Positions 17,868 to 23,071 of a DNA stretch of 23,071 nt are shown one piece after another. The notes beneath the pieces were generated by a model. The model had not been told where the DNA came from and did not search any database. It saw only the letters and a program-made list of their open reading frames with translations. The DNA comes from Chthonomonadales bacterium. GTDB lineage: Bacteria; Armatimonadota; Chthonomonadetes; Chthonomonadales; CAJBBX01. The stretch covers positions 1 to 23,071 of the forward strand of contig JBMFSQ010000005.1 of the NCBI GenBank assembly GCA_049967475.1, written 5' to 3'. The position numbers were made by a program, and so were the translations under genes. Each line of letters opens with the position of its first letter. Within the stretch, counting starts at the first letter, position 1.

Positions 17868-18734
17868 CTATCCTTTGATGCCTTGCAACTTGATGCCCTC
17901 TACGAAATACCGCTGGTTGAAAAGAAAGACCAGGATCACCGGAACTGTGGCCATTACGGATGCTGCCATGAGCAGGCTGTAATCCGCCGAATAGCGCTGA
18001 GTGAAGACGGTGAGGCCGATCGGCAGTGTGCGAAGCTGTGGGCTCACGGTAACGATGAGAGGCCACATGAAGCTTCCCCAATAACCCATGAATGTGAAGG
18101 TCGCCAGCGTTGCGAGGGCTGTTTTGGAGAGAGGCAAAGTGATGCGCACGTAGATGGACCAGAGCCCGGCTCCATCCATGCGGGCGGCCTCCTCCAGCTC
18201 GCGGGGCAGAGAGAGGAAGAACTGCCTGAGCATGAAGACGCCCCACGGACTGAAGATGCCCGGGATGATGAGAGCGTTGTACGTGTCTATCCAACCGAGG
18301 CTCCGCATAATCACGAAGACAGGGATCAACGTGACGGAACCCGGGATCATCATCGTAGCCAGATACGCCATGAAAATCTGGTCGCGCCCCGGAAACCGCA
18401 GCCGCGCGAAGGAATATGCTGCCAGCGAACTCGTGGCTACCTGCCCGAGTGTGCCCACCGCGGCCACGAACAGACTGTTGCCGTAGAGCCGCCAGAAGTT
18501 CATATCCTGTTCGGCCATCATACGGATCGCCTGGCGGTAATTGGACCAGTGGATTGTCTTTGGCCACCATTCGATGTGCGCCGTGGAGAAAGCTGCGTTG
18601 GGCTCACGCAGCGAGGTTACGATCATCCAGTAGAAGGGAACTACCATTACGGCTGCACCGGCGCATAGGAACACGTGAAGAGCCGCGATCCGCAACACCT
18701 CCATAGATCTCGAGCGCCCCGCTTTGGAGCGCAT
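17868..18734 (-). CDS. Carbohydrate ABC transporter permease, CUT1 MalG/UgpE-like
   Basis: PFYWMIVTSL, WSNY, NSLFVA, AAYSFARLRFPGR, EAA loop LPRELEEAARMDGA and LRTLPIGL. Start uncertain (ATG 18734; the ORF extends to GTG 18797). Confidence 0.93.
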   Translation of the reverse strand: MRSKAGRSRSMEVLRIAALHVFLCAGAAVMVVPFYWMIVTSLREPNAAFSTAHIEWWPKTIHWSNYRQAIRMMAEQDMNFWRLYGNSLFVAAVGTLGQVATSSLAAYSFARLRFPGRDQIFMAYLATMMIPGSVTLIPVFVIMRSLGWIDTYNALIIPGIFSPWGVFMLRQFFLSLPRELEEAARMDGAGLWSIYVRITLPLSKTALATLATFTFMGYWGSFMWPLIVTVSPQLRTLPIGLTVFTQRYSADYSLLMAASVMATVPVILVFLFNQRYFVEGIKLQGIKG

Positions 18735-18777
18735 AGGCTTCCCCGCAGCGGATCGGCTCACCCGCTTTGCACCAAGA

Positions 18778-19734
18778 TCAATAGTAGTGAACAGCACGCC
18801 CGCCGTACCTCCACGCGGCCAGGGTCAAACCGAAAACCACTACAAACACAAACCAGGCGATTGCGGAGGCATATCCCATATTGAACACCGTAAACGCCTT
18901 GTTATAGATGTAATACTCCAGGGTCGTAGTGGATCCCGCCGGTCCGCCGGAAGTCATCACATAGGCCGTCATAAAGCCGCCCTGAAAACCGCTGATGATG
19001 CCCATGATCGTGAGGAAAAACGTGGTAGGCGTCACGAGCGGCCACGTGATGAAGCGGAACTGCTGCCAGCCGGATGCCCCATCAATGTCAGCCGCCTCGT
19101 AGAGTTCCCGGGGAACGCCCTGCAGCGCGGCCAAGTACAAGATCATGCTGCTCCCGCCCACGCCCATCACAAAGCTCATGAGCATAAGAGCCGGCTTTGC
19201 CCATACGGAACTGCCCAGCCAATCGGGAGGATGCGCTACCCCCAACCGCACCAAAATGGCATTGAACAGGCCGATATCGGTGTTATACAGATAACGCCAC
19301 AGAATGAACACGGCCACGCCGCTGGTGACACTGGGCAGAAAGTACAGCGTGCGGTACACCACGACGCCTCGCATTCTGCGATTGAGGGCAATGGCCAGCG
19401 CCAGGGACCCCGCCATGGTGAACGGGATCACCATCATCATGTACACGGTGTTGTACAGGTATTGCCAAAAGAACGGATCGTTGGCAACGTAGGGAAGCCG
19501 CACCAGCCCGAGGATACTCGTAGCATCGTCCTGCGATCTCGAGAACCCCAGCAGGCTCACGAAATTCATTAAGCCCACCCACCGCGGTGGATGGAAAAGA
19601 TCCCAACGGGTGAAGGCAAAGTAGAGCGAGCAGAACACTGGTACCGACGTAAACACCAGAAAGCCCAAGCAGTTCGGCGCCAGGAACAGATACCCCGCCG
19701 CCGCTTCACCTTGCCTGTGGTCCAACGATCGCAT
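18778..19734 (-). CDS. Carbohydrate ABC transporter permease, CUT1 MalF/UgpA-like
   Basis: GYLFLAP, WVGLMNF, YRTLYFLPSV, LAALQGVPRELYEAADIDGASGWQQF (EAA loop), MTSGGP and MGYASA. Start uncertain (ATG 19734; the ORF extends to 19785). Confidence 0.93.
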   Translation of the reverse strand: MRSLDHRQGEAAAGYLFLAPNCLGFLVFTSVPVFCSLYFAFTRWDLFHPPRWVGLMNFVSLLGFSRSQDDATSILGLVRLPYVANDPFFWQYLYNTVYMMMVIPFTMAGSLALAIALNRRMRGVVVYRTLYFLPSVTSGVAVFILWRYLYNTDIGLFNAILVRLGVAHPPDWLGSSVWAKPALMLMSFVMGVGGSSMILYLAALQGVPRELYEAADIDGASGWQQFRFITWPLVTPTTFFLTIMGIISGFQGGFMTAYVMTSGGPAGSTTTLEYYIYNKAFTVFNMGYASAIAWFVFVVVFGLTLAAWRYGGRAVHYY

Positions 19735-19774
19735 TCTCAATAGAACCCGCTTTCGGAGCCCGGCGCACCCAAAC

Positions 19775-20791
19775 CTAGCGAACAAACTCTAGGGGAACCA
19801 AGTACTCGCGCCCCCTCGGAATAACGCCGTTCAGCACCCCCACCGCCATCTCCACACCATACTTGCCCATGAGGTCCGGATGTTGCTCGATGGTTCCGTA
19901 CATCTCGCCGTTAGATAGGTAGGGCTTCACGTCGGGAATGTTATCGTAACCGATGACCGCGATCTTTCCCGATTTGCCTGCCTCCTTGATTGCCTTCATA
20001 GCGCCCAACGCCATCTTGTCATTCGCACAGAAGATGCCTTTAATATCCGGATGTGCTGCCAGGACCGATTGGCATTTGGCATACGCCTTTTGGGTGTCCC
20101 AACTCGCCTCCTCTTCGGCTACAATTTCGAGCTTGCCGCGCACAGCCTTCTCAAAGCCGCGCTTGCGCGCCTCGGCGTTATCCACACCCCGCAGCCCCTC
20201 CAATACCGCCACTTTGCCCTCATTGTTGAGGGCTTCCAGCATCCCTTGGCCCGCCAGCTCCCCGCCGGCTTCGTTATCTGCCCCCACGTACCCGCCTAGT
20301 TGCAGGCCGACGCCTCGAGCAGTGTCGGCATCCACGCGATTATCTACGTTGATTACGAGGACGCCCTTGGCCTGGGCATCCTTCAGAGCAGGCACTATGC
20401 CTTTGGAGTCCGCCGGTGCGATGAGCAGGGCTTGGATCCCCTTGGCGACCACGGTCTGCACCAAGGAGAATTGCTGTTCCTTGTCGCTCTCCTGTGGCGG
20501 CGCCTCCACATCCAACTCGCATCCCAGGCGACGGGCTGCGTCTTCTGCCGCACGGATCATGGGTGTAAAGAAGGGATTGTTGCGCGTCTTGACAACCAAC
20601 GCAATCTTCACGGGTTTTTTGGAGCGCGGTACTGCGTCCAACTCGGGGCCGGTGATCTCGGGCATACGCACTACCGCCCGCTCCTCCGACGCTGCGGGCT
20701 TGGTGGAAGCGCCCGGCGCCTCGGCCCTTTCCTTCCCACATCCGGCAAGTGCTGTTCCCAGAGCAAGAAGCAGCACCAGATTTCGCTTCAT
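19775..20791 (-). CDS. Monosaccharide ABC transporter substrate-binding lipoprotein, CUT2 RbsB/AlsB-like
   Basis: Strong SD AAGGAGGT and lipobox LAGC. IALVVKTRNNPFF, LLIAPADS, VINVD, YVGADNEAGG, ARKRGF, IFCANDKMALGA, IGYD and TIEQHP. Confidence 0.93.
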   Translation of the reverse strand: MKRNLVLLLALGTALAGCGKERAEAPGASTKPAASEERAVVRMPEITGPELDAVPRSKKPVKIALVVKTRNNPFFTPMIRAAEDAARRLGCELDVEAPPQESDKEQQFSLVQTVVAKGIQALLIAPADSKGIVPALKDAQAKGVLVINVDNRVDADTARGVGLQLGGYVGADNEAGGELAGQGMLEALNNEGKVAVLEGLRGVDNAEARKRGFEKAVRGKLEIVAEEEASWDTQKAYAKCQSVLAAHPDIKGIFCANDKMALGAMKAIKEAGKSGKIAVIGYDNIPDVKPYLSNGEMYGTIEQHPDLMGKYGVEMAVGVLNGVIPRGREYLVPLEFVR

Positions 20792-20821
20792 TGTGACCTC
20801 CTTCCGTTTCCGCGCACCGCA

Positions 20822-21898
20822 TCACGCCACCGGCGCCCGACGCCGGCTGTACTGATCTACAACCACGGTAAGCACGATCACAGCCCCAATGACCACGCCC
20901 TGGAGCGTGTCTTTTACGCCCACCAGCACCAGCCCGGAGTTGAGTACGGCGATGGTGAGTGCGCCGATGAGGCTCCCCACCACGGTCCCTTGCCCTCCGC
21001 TCAGGCTCGTTCCTCCAAGCACTACGGCGGCGATGGCGTTGAGCTCGGCGCCCGTTCCTGCGCCGGTGTCGGCAAGCTGGAACTTGGCCGTGAGGACTAC
21101 GCCGGCAATGGCGGCGCACACACCGCATAAGGCGTAGGCCAAAACCTTGTACCACGCCACCGGTACTCCGGAAAGTCGGCTGGCCTCCTCATTGGCGCCG
21201 ATTGCCAGCATATATCTGCCGGCCCTGGTACGGTTGAGCAGCACCGCTCCGCTGACAACCACAGACAGGGCAACGGCTACGAGAGGCATTCCTTCCCCCA
21301 GGTATCCCAAACGCGGCGGGAGCCCGCTCACGCTGTTGCCGTCTGTTGCAAATACAGTAAGTCCCCTAGCAGCCGTGAGCATTCCTAGCGTCGTGATGAA
21401 GGGCGGTACGCGGCCCATTGTCACCACGAGCCCGTTGAGCAAGCCGCACCCCAGGCCAACAGCTAAAGCAGCAACGATCGCCCATTCCAGGCGCACACCA
21501 CCTGCAGCCATGCGGTAGATCAACATTCCCGCGCCCACAGTTACGCCCAGCCCCGCGATCCATGCTCCATGGATGCGCAGGAACCGGTACCCTGCCACAG
21601 CGGCGGCAACACCGAGAGGAACCGCCTCTAGTAACCCCAGAAAGGCGGGTCCACCGCCCTTTACGGTGAGGCCCAAAGTGACGCCGCATAGGGCCACCAC
21701 CGACCCCACCGACAGGTCAATGCCTGCGGTAAGGATGACGAACGTCATACCTACGGCGAGGATGATGTTCGTTGCAGCTTGCTGGAGAATGGTCGGCAGA
21801 TAATCCACACTCCAGAATGTGTGGAGAAATCCAGGGTGAAGTGAAAAACCCCCGCATACCAGGATCAGTCCAAGCCAAGGACGAAGCAAGCGCATCAT
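20822..21898 (-). CDS. Monosaccharide ABC transporter permease, CUT2 RbsC-like
   Basis: ILAVGMTFVILTAGIDLSVGS, NG...VPPFITTLGM..ARG, GRYMLAIGANEEASRLSGV, ELNAIAAVVLGGTSLSGG and QGVVIG. ATG 21898 is preceded by GAGG (ORF extends to 21919). Confidence 0.93.
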   Translation of the reverse strand: MMRLLRPWLGLILVCGGFSLHPGFLHTFWSVDYLPTILQQAATNIILAVGMTFVILTAGIDLSVGSVVALCGVTLGLTVKGGGPAFLGLLEAVPLGVAAAVAGYRFLRIHGAWIAGLGVTVGAGMLIYRMAAGGVRLEWAIVAALAVGLGCGLLNGLVVTMGRVPPFITTLGMLTAARGLTVFATDGNSVSGLPPRLGYLGEGMPLVAVALSVVVSGAVLLNRTRAGRYMLAIGANEEASRLSGVPVAWYKVLAYALCGVCAAIAGVVLTAKFQLADTGAGTGAELNAIAAVVLGGTSLSGGQGTVVGSLIGALTIAVLNSGLVLVGVKDTLQGVVIGAVIVLTVVVDQYSRRRAPVA

Positions 21899-22235
21899 GG
21901 AATTGGCCTCGAGGCGCATCCGAGGAACAAACCTTTATCGGACCCTATGCAACTCCAGCCCATGAGCTGGAGCCATTCGGCAGTTTCACCGGCCACGCGC
22001 CCATTCCCTTCTGGGTCCGGTGCCTTGGCAGACCTGCATCGGAGGAACCTATCCCAGTTTCGCATCCCCGAACAGACGAGGCTTTGCGGAATAACTCTTC
22101 TGTAGGATTGCTCCAGGTAACCAGGCATCCGGCTGCCCCATTAAAGAAGAGGAGAAAACGCCAGCGTTCCGCGAATAGCGTGGAACAAAGCTGTAGGGAC
22201 TACGGTATCACAGTGTGGCGATGCGTTCCTTTTGG

Positions 22236-22264
22236 TTGACACCCGAAAGCGGCGCCGGTATAAT
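22236..22264 (+). promoter_or_regulatory. Perfect-consensus sigma70 promoter
   Basis: TTGACA (22236-22241)-N17-TATAAT (22259-22264), exact consensus, in a GC-rich intergenic region. Confidence 0.9.
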
Positions 22265-22479
22265 ACAGGCGCCTTGCCCCGTCCGGCCGGCATCGCGCGG
22301 GGACGTGCTGTGCAGCATCCAGCCCCCGAAAGCTGCCGCGCTCCGGCATCCGGGTCGGTGGTCCTGGTCTGCCTGCGGAAGGAATAGCCTCCCTTCGATG
22401 GCGAATGTATACCAAGATGGGCCCGCAGGGGAGTGCGGCGCCCCAGGACGCTCAGGCCGAACTCATCAGGAGCCGGCGC

Positions 22480-23071
22480 ATGTTCTGTAAATGGTGCGGG
22501 CTGGAGAGTGAAACCAGCGACGTATGTAGCTGGTGCAAGAAGCCCTTCACTACGTCTCAGTCAGGTGCCGCCGCTGAGGGTGCACAAGAACCGGGCGGCG
22601 CGGGAGGGCAGCCTGCTGCCGCACCCCCACCCGAACCCCAGTTTGACGACTTCGATGATTTGAGCCCGCTACCGTTCGGCGGAGGTCCCGTCCCCTTCGT
22701 ACCGGCGCCGCAACCTCCGCCAACTCCACGCCCAGCTCCGGCACCCGCTCCCACCGTTCCTCCATCGGTGCCTCCGCCGCCGTTGCGAACAGGCCCCGGG
22801 TACGTACCGGCACAACCGAAGCCGCCTGAGGATCGCCCGGATCTCATTCCTATTCCAATTCGCAGACCTGGAGCTCCGGCTTCCCCGCCGCCGATCATCC
22901 CGCTGGCACGTCCCCAGCAGCCTGCTCCGCCTGTTACGCCGCCCAGGCAACCCCTGGCGCCCCCTGCAGAACCGCCCGCCCAGCGCCCTGTGGTCCCATT
23001 GGCCGGCCCCCCGGCCGCTCCGCCTGTTACGCCGCCCAGGCAACCCCTGGCGCCCCCTGCAGAACCGCCCG
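22480..23071 (+). CDS. Zn-ribbon (CxxC-x9-CxxC) / proline-rich hypothetical protein, truncated by the window end
   Basis: Not in the ORF track because it has no stop in the window. SD AGGAG lies 7 nt before ATG 22480. It translates MFCKWCGLESETSDVCSWCKKPFTTSQSG...FDDFDDLSPLPFGGGPVPFVPAPQPPPTP... and stays open to the end. In-frame upstream ATGs exist (e.g. 22405). Confidence 0.8.
   Translation, partial: MFCKWCGLESETSDVCSWCKKPFTTSQSGAAAEGAQEPGGAGGQPAAAPPPEPQFDDFDDLSPLPFGGGPVPFVPAPQPPPTPRPAPAPAPTVPPSVPPPPLRTGPGYVPAQPKPPEDRPDLIPIPIRRPGAPASPPPIIPLARPQQPAPPVTPPRQPLAPPAEPPAQRPVVPLAGPPAAPPVTPPRQPLAPPAEPP
22924..23071 (+). repeat. In-frame direct repeat (55 nt identical, 93-nt/31-codon period) in the proline-rich region
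   Basis: GCTCCGCCTGTTACGCCGCCCAGGCAACCCCTGGCGCCCCCTGCAGAACCGCCCG occurs at 22924-22978 and 23017-23071. It encodes APPVTPPRQPLAPPAEPP twice. Confidence 0.95.

Noticed and set aside
17566..21155. Several 260-334 aa alternative-frame or antisense ORFs over the ABC operon
   Set aside because: They fully overlap clear transporter genes and have the Arg/Gly/His-rich composition typical of non-coding frames.
21895..22128. 77-aa minus-strand ORF upstream of the RbsC-like gene
   Set aside because: Its stop overlaps the permease start, but it has no SD, no motif and no other coding support.
22365..22390. CGGAAGGAATAGC resembling the SRP RNA helix 8 core
   Set aside because: It lacks the CAGG...AGCAG symmetric loop, and the flanks of the GGAA tetraloop do not pair properly. 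Not called as SRP RNA.
22924..23071. Direct repeats as a possible CRISPR array
   Set aside because: Only two visible copies, 55 nt long, in frame within a proline-rich ORF, with no cas genes.

Overview
GC-rich bacterial chromosomal segment with no mobile elements, CRISPR arrays, rRNA or tRNA that I can see. The overall gene style suggests Armatimonadota or a similar lineage, but that is inference only. Left to right: (1) a tightly coupled + strand operon of four carbohydrate-active or probably secreted proteins (ThuA-like, DUF6259-like putative glycoside hydrolase, GH51-like alpha-L-arabinofuranosidase, GH99-like multidomain protein); (2) a - strand Rrf2 (CymR-like) regulator plus cysK, behind a canonical sigma70 promoter; (3) divergently, ftsK followed by a class I SAM methyltransferase, a PhyH-family Fe(II)/2OG dioxygenase and an active/inactive pair of signal-peptide-bearing M16 peptidases; (4) a convergent sugar ABC operon mixing CUT2 (RbsC/RbsB-like) and CUT1 (MalF/MalG-like) parts with no ATPase; (5) a perfect-consensus sigma70 promoter, a ~200 nt potentially structured leader and a Zn-ribbon/proline-rich ORF with an in-frame 93-nt-period repeat that runs off the window and is missing from the ORF track. 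Nothing here is demonstrably a new system. The best leads are the uncharacterised glycoside hydrolase operon, the hybrid ABC transporter, the CysK-binding-type tail of the Rrf2 protein, the methyltransferase/dioxygenase/M16 block and the strong promoter plus leader.
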